Origin: Candidatus Latescibacterota bacterium
GTDB lineage: Bacteria; Latescibacterota; UBA2968; UBA8231
Direction of reading: 5' to 3'
DNA length: 64,000 bases
NCBI GenBank assembly: GCA_965205655.1
Contig: CBDBIJ010000015.1
Location: 12,971 to 76,970 of the forward strand
Position numbers and translations under genes: made by a program. Of this stretch, positions 31,959 to 41,300 are shown one piece after another. The notes under the pieces are model-generated. The model searched no databases and was not told the origin of the DNA. It worked only from the letters and a program-made list of their open reading frames with translations. Within the stretch, counting starts at the first letter, position 1; the number at the start of each line of letters is the position of its first letter.

Positions 31959-33596
31959 CCTGAATAATTCATAAATTCGCTCAGTTTGATCGGGATTCGG
32001 TAAATGATGAAGCACTGAGGCGTTTCTCGCTCAAGTGTGATTTTCGGGTCCGTGTTTCTTGGTCGTAGGTCGATGTGTCAGGCGGTGTTGCATTTCCTCC
32101 GGACAGACTGATCCCTTGGTCGTGCTGATGATCTATTTTTTGGTGCGTCGTCATCGTGCGCATTACGCGGTGTCGAGGTTGTAGACGATCAACCTCATCA
32201 AGTCCTTGAGCGGATATGACGTCGGAAAGTGAAAGCGCACCGTGGTGGTTTGCTCCCGTACTCTGGCGCCGATTTTGAGGACGCGGAGTTGGATCGTGTC
32301 GAAGTTGGACGTCGTCCATTGGGTGCCTCGCATGCCGATATGTTTGATCGCGTGCACAAGCACATAGGCGGCGCTGTGCAGGAAGAGGCGGAATTGGTTT
32401 GCCGGGAATCGATGGCAGGAGGTCCGGTCGGAGTTCAGGAAGGTCTTGTGATTCTTGATGAACCCTTCCGATCGTCCGCGAGCACAGTAGACCTTCTCAT
32501 ACAGAAACCTGGGCGTTCGGTTCCGAATGTTCGTGACCACAAAACGCGGGTTGGCCTTTCCTTGCGTAATCTCGGCCTTGTAGATGATCTGGCGCGGACG
32601 GCTCCAGCTATCGGCCTGATAATCGAAGTGTGTAAAGAGCCGCACCGGCTTTTCGGTCTGCTCCGCCAGGGCGGCTGCCTGCTCCATCAGCGGTGCGCCG
32701 AGCGCTTTGAGCTTCCGGTTGACCGCTTGTCCGAGAATGAACGCTAGGCCGTATTCGTCGCACAGGTCGTGCACCTCCGGGGTGCTAAAGTGCGCGTCAC
32801 CACGCAAGGTGATCTGCACCTGCGGCCAGGCCATGAGGATATGATCCAGAACGCGTCTGAGAATCGCCGCGGCCTCGCGGCCACGGATTCTACGACCGGG
32901 TCGCAGAATGGTGGTGATCAACTTGCCTGTCTCTGCTTCGTAGAGATGGACGGGCAGGTAGCAGTACTCGTCATAGTAAGCGTGAAACAACGACAGTTGC
33001 TGTGAACCGTGCGTGGCATCATCCGTGTCATCAATGTCCAGGATGATCTTCTTCGGCGGCTTGTCGTAGGACTCGATGAATGTTTCCAGTAACGCGAGCC
33101 CGATTCGGTAGAGGTCCGTGCGGCTGATACTGTTCTCGAAACGAGACATGGTCGGTTGACTGGCCAGATCGGCTCCCGTCAGGGGGAGTCGATCGCATGC
33201 TGCCTTCAGAGCCGGATCTGAACGCAGGTCGTTGCTGTCATTGGCGTCCTCGTACCCGCAGGCGATCTGGAAGACGCGCTGCTTGATGAGGTCGGTATAG
33301 GTATGGTCGATATAGCTTTGATGTCGGCGATCACACAACGCCCTTACGATTCGGTCTACGATCCCTATCTTGGATTCCGCCTGCCGCAGGAGCAGGGCGC
33401 CCCCATCGCTGGTCGTCGTGCCGCCGTCAAAATCGGCTTCGATCTTCCTGCCCGAGATGCTTGCAAAGGATAACGTGATCTGCGACCTTTCCATCGCGGT
33501 GTCCTCTCAAATGGTTGTTGTTTGTGTCCAACCCTAACTTAGGGCAAAACAACCAGTTGTACAAGAGGTCACCGCATTTTTATGAATAATTCAGGC
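31959..33596 (-). mobile_element. IS1380-family insertion sequence, about 1.64 kb, flanked by a 4-bp CTAG target duplication.
   Basis: Terminal inverted repeats CCTGAATAATTCATAAA (left) and TTTATGAATAATTCAGG (right). CTAG lies at 31955-31958 and 33597-33600. Confidence 0.75.
32163..33494 (-). CDS. IS1380-family (IS4-superfamily) DDE transposase.
   Basis: N-terminus ...DFDGGTTTSDGGALLLRQ typical of IS1380. Y(2)R(3)E(6)K signature YCARGRSEGFIKNHK. Confidence 0.8.
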   Translation of the reverse strand: MERSQITLSFASISGRKIEADFDGGTTTSDGGALLLRQAESKIGIVDRIVRALCDRRHQSYIDHTYTDLIKQRVFQIACGYEDANDSNDLRSDPALKAACDRLPLTGADLASQPTMSRFENSISRTDLYRIGLALLETFIESYDKPPKKIILDIDDTDDATHGSQQLSLFHAYYDEYCYLPVHLYEAETGKLITTILRPGRRIRGREAAAILRRVLDHILMAWPQVQITLRGDAHFSTPEVHDLCDEYGLAFILGQAVNRKLKALGAPLMEQAAALAEQTEKPVRLFTHFDYQADSWSRPRQIIYKAEITQGKANPRFVVTNIRNRTPRFLYEKVYCARGRSEGFIKNHKTFLNSDRTSCHRFPANQFRLFLHSAAYVLVHAIKHIGMRGTQWTTSNFDTIQLRVLKIGARVREQTTTVRFHFPTSYPLKDLMRLIVYNLDTA

Positions 33597-33627
33597 TAGC
33601 TCCCCGCCCCTCGCCGTTTGCCACTGT

Positions 33628-33909
33628 TCAGCTGCGGCTCTTGAACATGCTGAGCATGCGATGAGTGACGAGGAATCCGCCCACCACGTTGATCGTCGCC
33701 AGGACGACGGCGCCGAGCCCGAGCCAGGTGGCCAACTCGGTCTGGTCAGATCCTGCCGAGATTACGGCGCCGATGAGGGTGATTCCGGAAATGGCGTTCG
33801 AGCCGGACATCAAAGGGGTGTGCAGGGTAGGCGGGATCTTCGTGATCACCTCGAAGCCGACGAAAACGGCTAGGACGAAAACTGTCAGAGCCACTACGAG
33901 GCCGTCCAC
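33628..33909 (-). CDS. pntAB: NAD(P) transhydrogenase alpha subunit part 2 (membrane).
   Basis: 93 aa with three TM helices and the conserved PntA-beta sequence. GTG start. Confidence 0.85.
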   Translation of the reverse strand: MDGLVVALTVFVLAVFVGFEVITKIPPTLHTPLMSGSNAISGITLIGAVISAGSDQTELATWLGLGAVVLATINVVGGFLVTHRMLSMFKSRS

Positions 33910-33912
33910 GAC

Positions 33913-35112
33913 TCAGACATTCTCCTTTTGCAACTCGAGGCCCGATCCCGGTCCATCCTCTGCGCCGCCTCTCATCGCCTCGAGAACGCGGGGGTGGATC
34001 ATACGCCCTCCTGCGGCCACCAGGGTTTCCCTGGTAATCTCGTCCTCGACATCGAGCCGCAATTCACCGTCGCCGGCGAGGTGAAGCAGGAAGGCGGTGA
34101 CGTTGTGTGCGTACATCTGAGAGGCGTGAAAGGGCACCGTCGATGGCAGGTTGAGCGGGGCGATGATGTGGACTGAGTCGACCTGACACGTCTGTCCGGG
34201 CGTCGTCAGTGCGCAGTTCCCACCGCGTTCGGCTGCCAGGTCCACGATGACGGACCCCGGCTTCATCTGCCGTACCGCCTCGGCGGCAATCAGGATCGGC
34301 GCCGGCCTGCCGGGGATCGCTGCGGTGGTGATGACGACATCGCATTCGGCTACCACCTCACCGAGTGCCCGCTGCTGGCGAGAGTAGAACTCCGCATCCT
34401 GCGCGACGGCATAGCCTCCCGCATCTTCGGCATCGGCTGCTTCCAGACTCAGTTCAACGAACTGAGCGCCGAGGCTCTCTACCTGCTCCCTGACCACCGG
34501 TCGGACATCGTAAGCGAGCACGACCCCTCCGAGCCGCTTTGCCGTGGCGATAGCCTGCAGTCCGGCCACTCCGGCGCCGATGACGAGGACCCTGGCGGGG
34601 GTCACTGTGCCGGCGGCCGTCATCATCAGTGGGAACATTCTCGGAGACTGAGCTGCTGCCAGAATCACCGACTTGTAGCCGGCGATCGTGGCCATCGATG
34701 AGAGTGCGTCCATGCTCTGTGCCCGCGCGAGGCGGGGCATGAGCTCGAGCGCCAGCAGCGATGCGCCGGTCGCCGCCACGTCGGCGAGCCGCGGGCTCCC
34801 GTCGAGGGGCTCGGCAAAGCCGATGATCACCTGCTCGTTTCTGATCAGGCCCAGATCCGACTCGCCGCCCGGATCGGCGGATGGGGTCCGAACCTGGAGG
34901 ATGGTGTTGGCGCGCTCGTAGATCTCCTCCCTCGTGGAGGCGATCTCGGCACCTCGGCGGCGAAACTCGGCGTCTGTGTACCCCGCGACTGCGCCGGCGC
35001 CGGTCTGGATGACTATCTCGATGCCGCGGTCGATGAGGGCGGCGGCGCTCTCAGGAGTGAGGGCGACCCGCTGCTCTCCTACAGCTCGTTCCTCGGGCAC
35101 ACCGGTAATCAT
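33913..35112 (-). CDS. pntAA: NAD(P) transhydrogenase alpha subunit part 1.
   Basis: Alanine-dehydrogenase/PNT N-terminal domain and a Rossmann fold (VLVIGAGVAGLQA). Confidence 0.9.
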   Translation of the reverse strand: MITGVPEERAVGEQRVALTPESAAALIDRGIEIVIQTGAGAVAGYTDAEFRRRGAEIASTREEIYERANTILQVRTPSADPGGESDLGLIRNEQVIIGFAEPLDGSPRLADVAATGASLLALELMPRLARAQSMDALSSMATIAGYKSVILAAAQSPRMFPLMMTAAGTVTPARVLVIGAGVAGLQAIATAKRLGGVVLAYDVRPVVREQVESLGAQFVELSLEAADAEDAGGYAVAQDAEFYSRQQRALGEVVAECDVVITTAAIPGRPAPILIAAEAVRQMKPGSVIVDLAAERGGNCALTTPGQTCQVDSVHIIAPLNLPSTVPFHASQMYAHNVTAFLLHLAGDGELRLDVEDEITRETLVAAGGRMIHPRVLEAMRGGAEDGPGSGLELQKENV

Positions 35113-35169
35113 GGCATGTCAAATCTGTTGTGTTGTGACTGGGGACGGGGTCGGCGCGTGGGCGACAAT

Positions 35170-35469
35170 TCAGCGATGATCGACCGTCTTGTCCTGGTAT
35201 TTCTTCAGCTGCCGCTCCACGTGCTCGCACGCTTCGTCGATCGAGCGGAACAGGTTGTCGTCGGGCGACTTCGCCGTGCCCACGAGTGTTTGATTCGGGA
35301 CTTTGACGATGACCTCAACTGTTGTTCCGTGTTTCTTGAGCCGTTCGAGGACGACTTCGCAATCGATAATGCGGTCGCAAAACTGGTCGAACTTGGCGCA
35401 CGCCTTGTCGATGTGCTCCTTCGTGGTATCCGAGATCTTCGTTTTCCTCACCGTGATTCTGATCGCCAT
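35170..35469 (-). CDS. hpf: Ribosome hibernation promoting factor / RaiA.
   Basis: 99 aa belonging to the sigma-54 modulation protein / S30EA family. Confidence 0.8.
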   Translation of the reverse strand: MAIRITVRKTKISDTTKEHIDKACAKFDQFCDRIIDCEVVLERLKKHGTTVEVIVKVPNQTLVGTAKSPDDNLFRSIDEACEHVERQLKKYQDKTVDHR

Positions 35470-35523
35470 CCATAACCTCTGCTGTGACCTGGAGAAAACC
35501 GAAAGGTCGAGCGGGGTAGAGCG

Positions 35524-36813
35524 TCATCCGCGCTCTGCCATAGGCGTATACGGCTGCTCCGTCGGTCCCGTGTACACCTGTCGAGGCCGATGGATGCGAC
35601 CGCGCGTTATGAAGCGATCCTCATACCACTGGGCGATCCAGCCCGGCATGCGCCCGATGGCGAAAATGACGGTGTACATCGAAGAGGGGATTCCGAGCGC
35701 GCGCAGAATGACGCCGCTGTAGAAGTCGACATTCGGGTAGAGCTTGCGTTCGATAAAGTAGTCATCCTCAAGGGCGGCCTGCTCCAGCTCGCCCGCCACT
35801 GCCAGAGTGGGGTCGTCGACGTTCAGCCTGGCGAGCACGGTCTCGCACTGCTCTTTTATGATCGTTGCCCGTGGATCGAAGTTCTTGTAAACCCGGTGAC
35901 CGAATCCCATCAGTCGGATTCCACTCTTTTTGTCCTTCACCTGCTGAACGTAATCCTTCACCGCGATCTTCGACTCGAGGATCTGCTCCAGCATCTCCAC
36001 CACCGCGACGTTGGCCCCGCCGTGAAGGGGCCCCCACAGCGCGTTCACCCCCGCCGCCACGGATGCGAACAGGTTGGCGCCGCTGCTGCCGACCATCCGC
36101 ACCGTCGAGGTGCTGCAGTTCTGCTCGTGGTCGGCGTGGAGCAGAAGCAATACGTCGAGAGCCCTGACGAGCTCGGGGTCGGCGTCGAAGTCCTTGTACG
36201 GGTGCGAGAACATCATGTGCAGGAAGTTTTCACTGAAATTCTTGTCAGGATGGGGGTACGGCAGGTAATGTCCGAGATCGTGTTTGTAGGAGTAGGCGGC
36301 AATGGTTCTCACCTTCGACATGATACGCGCCGCCGTCTCCTCGAAGACATCCACGTCCTCGACGTCCAGCAGTTCCGGATAGAAGCAGGCCATCGAATTG
36401 AGCACCGCAGACAGCACCGCCATGGGCGGAGAGCCCGACGGGTAAAAGTCGAAATGACGCCGCAGTTGCTCGCGCAACATCTCATGTTTCGTGAGCAACG
36501 CGCTGAAAGTGTCCAGCTGCTCTCGCGTTGGAAGGTGTCCCCAGATGAGCAGGTAGGCCGTCTCTATGAAGCTGCTCTTTTCAGCGAGCACTTCGATCGG
36601 AATGCCGCGGTAGCGGAGGATCCCCTTCTCGCCGTCGATGAATGTGATGGCGCTGCGGCACGAACCCGTGTTACCGTACCCCTCGTCCAGGGTGATGTAG
36701 CCGCTTTGAGATCGCAGCGCACTGATGTCGATGGCGTGCTCGTCCTCGCTGCCTGCGATAACGGGGAGTTCCACGACGTTGCCGTCCAGCTCTATACGGG
36801 CAGTGTCAGCCAT
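35524..36813 (-). CDS. gltA: Citrate synthase.
   Basis: 429 aa containing the catalytic motif GFGHRVYKNFDPRA. Confidence 0.95.
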   Translation of the reverse strand: MADTARIELDGNVVELPVIAGSEDEHAIDISALRSQSGYITLDEGYGNTGSCRSAITFIDGEKGILRYRGIPIEVLAEKSSFIETAYLLIWGHLPTREQLDTFSALLTKHEMLREQLRRHFDFYPSGSPPMAVLSAVLNSMACFYPELLDVEDVDVFEETAARIMSKVRTIAAYSYKHDLGHYLPYPHPDKNFSENFLHMMFSHPYKDFDADPELVRALDVLLLLHADHEQNCSTSTVRMVGSSGANLFASVAAGVNALWGPLHGGANVAVVEMLEQILESKIAVKDYVQQVKDKKSGIRLMGFGHRVYKNFDPRATIIKEQCETVLARLNVDDPTLAVAGELEQAALEDDYFIERKLYPNVDFYSGVILRALGIPSSMYTVIFAIGRMPGWIAQWYEDRFITRGRIHRPRQVYTGPTEQPYTPMAERG

Positions 36814-36896
36814 TTCTGCCTGTCTCCTCGGTGTCAGTGGAGCTACGGATGGAATAAACCACAGAATCTATGATACTAGTTCAAATAATTGTAGTG

Positions 36897-38063
36897 TCAA
36901 TTTTGCCGGAGCACTTGATACTTCGACTGCAGCTGCTTCCACAGCAACGGCTCCAATAGCTGCGCAGACAGTTCGTGGCCCTGCAAGCTGAAGTGCCCAT
37001 ACCCCCTGCGATACACTTCCACGCCTGCATTGATCCGTTGCGCAAACAGGTCGCGAGGGTAGACGTGGGAGATCCCATGCGCCTTGAAAGCAGACAGGGC
37101 GGAGCGCTCGGTCAACGGTTGCGGGTCTGGCGTGCGCATGGGTGAGTTGCCTTCGGCCTCCGGTGACACCGAAGTCCTGACCTCGTGGACCCTGAATGGG
37201 TCCGGTATGGCGTAGACGGCGAGAGGAATGTTTCGCTGACGGAGAAACCGGGCGATCTCGGCCAACTGGTGCTCGGCGAGGGCTGCCATTTCCTCGGCGT
37301 CCACAGGACTGTGGCCGGCTTCCACGTTCGGCGTGCTCAGCATTCCCATCGCCCGCGCCAAGCTCTTCATCTGAGGATTGGCCTTGACCACGTGGAGCCA
37401 AAACAGGCGCATGATGGTTGAGCGCGCCAGGACATTGTCGCGCAACCATGCCCTCATGTCGTACTCGGGAACAGGCGTGTGCTGCAAGCTACCGGCCGCA
37501 AAACGGAAGCGTGGTACGGCGCTGGCCGCAACGGGCTCGAAATTGTCGTGCAGATCGTTTCCGAGAAAGAGAACGAGCACGACGCTGTCTGGATTCCAAT
37601 CGAGCAGGCGCTGACGCACATAAAGGTAGTGCACACCGAGTCCATATCCGTGCACGCCTTGGTTGAGCGCCTCGACGCGAACGCCGAACTGCTGCGACCG
37701 CCTGTTGAGACCCGCCGCGAGCTTCTGACTGAAATTATCCGCGACTTCGACCTGATACGCTTCCAGGAAGGAGTCGCCAAGAAAAATGAGACGATGCACA
37801 CCGGATTCCACCGCCATGTCCCGCTCGAGATCGTGGAATCCGTGCGCATTCGTGTGCACGATCCTCGTGGCCCCGTCCATCTCGCGTTTCCACGAGGTCG
37901 TCAGATGAGCGCGACCCTTGAATCCGAGGAGCGGATCGTATGTGAGCGTTACCTTCTCGAGGTCGAGCAGCCAGGGAAGCACGAGTTCGGCCATGATCAC
38001 GACCAGCGCACAAGACCCTGCCGCCAGCGCAACCTTTGCAGCTGCGCCGCTCGACCGGCGCAT
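36897..38063 (-). CDS. SGNH/GDSL-family hydrolase with an N-terminal membrane anchor.
   Basis: FLGDSF (block I Ser), GNDLHD (block III) and a C-terminal His. The start is taken at MRRSSGAAAK; the track ORF extends spuriously to 38531. Confidence 0.6.
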   Translation of the reverse strand: MRRSSGAAAKVALAAGSCALVVIMAELVLPWLLDLEKVTLTYDPLLGFKGRAHLTTSWKREMDGATRIVHTNAHGFHDLERDMAVESGVHRLIFLGDSFLEAYQVEVADNFSQKLAAGLNRRSQQFGVRVEALNQGVHGYGLGVHYLYVRQRLLDWNPDSVVLVLFLGNDLHDNFEPVAASAVPRFRFAAGSLQHTPVPEYDMRAWLRDNVLARSTIMRLFWLHVVKANPQMKSLARAMGMLSTPNVEAGHSPVDAEEMAALAEHQLAEIARFLRQRNIPLAVYAIPDPFRVHEVRTSVSPEAEGNSPMRTPDPQPLTERSALSAFKAHGISHVYPRDLFAQRINAGVEVYRRGYGHFSLQGHELSAQLLEPLLWKQLQSKYQVLRQN

Positions 38064-38380
38064 CAGTCTGTCATATCCCGGGCGCAGCGAAACCCGATGG
38101 TGTAGTCGCACCGCTGCGTCAGGCCGTAGGCGAACCAGTAGGAACCATCCGCTCCGGTCGTCGTCGCATGGGTGATCTGCGACGACTCCTGTGCAAACTG
38201 CACCCGGGCGTTTGCGACCGGTCGACCATCCATGGCCAGCCTGACCGTTCCCTCCACGACGAGGGCGCTGACTTGAGACGTCAACATTACGAGTCCGATA
38301 AGAGCGGCTTTCGTAGACACTTTGGCGCGATCTTCGTAGGTTTGAGTTAGGCGTCCTGCGCCCTCTCGCCTTGACCTCAT
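38063..38380 (-). CDS. Small secreted protein with a carboxypeptidase-regulatory-like (CarboxypepD_reg) beta-sandwich fold.
   Basis: Signal peptide, then VEGTVRLAMDGRPVANARVQF...TTGADGSYWF. Its stop overlaps the start of the SGNH gene (TGATG). Confidence 0.5.
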   Translation of the reverse strand: MRSRREGAGRLTQTYEDRAKVSTKAALIGLVMLTSQVSALVVEGTVRLAMDGRPVANARVQFAQESSQITHATTTGADGSYWFAYGLTQRCDYTIGFRCARDMTD

Positions 38381-41300
38381 GGCGCAGCATCTCCCGTCCC
38401 CGTTCCGCCAGCCACAACGATACGCAACCCATCCCGCCGTACCAAAATTGATCAGCCGTCGTTTCATCAGGGCCCAGGCGCTGCTGCTGCTCTCCGCAGC
38501 GATCGCTTCTGGAGCGAGCCCGATCGCTCACGAGACCTCGTCTGATGGACTCGTTCTCGACCTGAAGCTACCTCCCTACGAGGTCGAGACGACACTCGGC
38601 GCCAACGCGAGCTTCCACGAGATTCTCCCGCCCGCGGGCTTTGGTCGCTTGGCCGATTCCGGTCGGCCCGCGCTCCCATTTGTCGCCGCTCCTATTGCCG
38701 TTCCCGAAGGTGCCTCCATAGACGTCGAGGTACTGGACAGCCACGTAGTAGAATTGGCTGACGTCCATCTACGAGCGCTTCAGGCGCCAGATGCCGGCGA
38801 AGGGGCGAGCGCTCCCGATTACTCCTCCGGCTTCTACCCCGGAGAAGTGATTCAGGTCGAGGAGATGGGTATCCTCAGGGGAGTTCGAGCTGTCTCTGTG
38901 CGGCTGTACCCTTTCCATTACGATGCACCCGCGCGGCAACTGAAAGTGTACGAATGGCTGCGAATTGCCGTTCGGTTTCGCGGTGGATCTACAGCGAAGG
39001 CCGCCGCCGGCCGCCTCGAGGAAAGCCCCGAGGCAGCTCTCTACGCGTCGTTTTTGAACGCTTCCAGCGCTGCCGCCCTCGCCGCGCTGCAGCCGACAGC
39101 GGCGAACAAGCCGCTCGTCACCAAAGAGGGCTGGTATGACCCGTCGGCGCCGTGGTTGAAGGTCGACGTCGTCGCGGACGGCCTGTTTCGCATCGACGCC
39201 GAGTGGCTGCGGCAGCGCGAAGTCGACGTAGAGTCAATCGATCCGCGTACCTTTCGCTTGCTCGGTCGCGGTGACGAGCAACCGTTGTTCGTCGACGGCG
39301 AAGCGGACGGACGCTTTGATGAGATCGACTTTCTGCTGTTCTACGGCCGCTACCGGCGCGCCGAAAGCGAACCCGGCGTGGAGAAGGACCATGACAGCAT
39401 CTACGGGAACAGGAACACCTACTGGCTGACGTGGGGAGACCGGAGTGGGCTTCGATTCGCGGAGAAGTCAGCGGCCCCGGTCAACGGCTATCCAGAGTCT
39501 GAGTGGTACTGGACTACCGCCCATTTCGAACGAGACGTCTGGTATCAGCAGTTCCCCGATGCGCCGGACAACGACCGGGATCACTGGTTCTGGAAACGGG
39601 ACCCCATTACCGGACAAGCCGTCGACAGCCCCGGATCGGCCACGTTCCCCGACGATCTCGCCTCACCCTATCTCGAAGAAGACTACACCGCCGGGTTGAG
39701 GGTCGCTCTCCACGGCTTGACTCCCGGTCACCACACGGTATTGAAGCTCAATGACCGTGAGGTGGAAGAGCGCGAGTGGGTAGGCCAGGACGAGATCGTA
39801 TTCTCAAATGAAATCCCCTCTTCCTATCTCATCGAGGGCACCAACCGCGTTCTCGTTCAGGCCTTTGCGAATGATTCGACAGGGGCCGACCTCTCTTATT
39901 TCAACTGGTTCGAAATCGATTATCGGCGCCGTTATGACTCCTGGAACGGATTCCTCGCCTGGACCGAGCTCGCGAGTGAGGGGGGGCGGCGCATCGCCGT
40001 GTCCAATCTCATTCACCCCGACGCCTGGCTCTTCGATGTGGACAACCACCTGCGACTGACCGGCCTGCAGATCGACAGCCTCATGGTCGACGACGACGAA
40101 TTCCCGATACGCTACGTCGCGACTTTTGAAGACGAATCGGATGGGCCGTCCAACTACGTTATCGCCGATAGCGCCAACGTACACACGCCAACGGGAGCCC
40201 TTGACGTGCCTTCCACGTTGCGGACCTCGTCGCGGCGTGCCGACTACCTCATCATCTCGCATCCCCGCTTCGTCGGCGCCGCACACCGGCTCGCCGAGCA
40301 TCGACGCACCTACTCGGGCCTCCAGGTGGAGACAGTGACGACTGAGGACATCTACGATGAGTTCTCCGACGGTTTGATCGAACGAGAGGCGATCGCCGAT
40401 TTCATCGACTACGCCTATCACAGTTGGGAGCGGAGGCCCGTTTACGTTCTGCTGATGGGTGACGCCACCTACGATTACCGCAATATCATCGGCGGTGGCA
40501 ACCCGAGTTTTGTGCCGACGCTGTACTACCATGCCCGACAACGCGGCAACTCTCCGAGTGACTTCCTCTACACGCTCGTCGATGGCGACGACTTGCTGCC
40601 GGACCTGTCTATCGGACGACTGGCAGTGGAGTCAGATCTCGAGGCCGAGCAGGTTGTGGACAAAATCATTCGCTACGACACCTCGCCTGCGCCCGGCGAC
40701 TGGCGCTCTCGCGTGATATATCTGGCGAACTTCCACGAAAAGGGCTTGTTCGCGGCGTCGAATGACGATTTGGCTACGCGCTTTACCGAACCGTTCGGCC
40801 TTTCGTCGACGAAGATCTACAGCCCCGACGAAAGCCCGGTCCCCAACCAAACCGGCAAGCGCTTCCTCGATGCCCTCAACCACGGAGCACTCTTCGTCAA
40901 CTTTGCCGGTCACGGTAGCGCCGGGAACATGCAGTTCATCTTCGCCCTTCAATTCCCGGACTGGGACTATCTCGGGCACGTCCGCAACGAGGGCAGGCTG
41001 CCGTTTGTGCTGGCCCTGTCCTGCCTCAACGGCATGTTCGTCAACCCCATCGTAGACGGGCTCGGCGAGGTGTTCACAGTGAAGGCGGATGGCGGCTCGA
41101 TCGCCTATGTCTCCGCCAGCGCCAAGAGCTTCGTCGCCCAGAATGAGCTCCTGAGCGGGCATTTTTACGACCAGCTCTTTGTCAGCGGCAACCTGTCCTT
41201 CGGCCCGACGCTAAACACATCCAAGGTCCTCGTGCTTGCGGAGCACCCGTCTTTCGTCACCTCCGCTCGCACGATGCAACTCTTCGGCGACCCCGCCCAG

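Noticed and set aside
33530-33560. The motif ttagggcaaa(a)caa shared between the IS1380 end (about 33538) and the region upstream of the sigma-factor gene (about 48488).
   Set aside because: The match is only 13-14 nt and has no flanking similarity, so it is probably chance.
38379-38467. An 89-nt overlap of start codons between the plus-strand C25 peptidase gene and the minus-strand ORF 38063..38467.
   Set aside because: Both have better internal starts (TTG at 38448 and ATG at 38380) that give clean signal peptides and a roughly 70-bp divergent promoter region instead.
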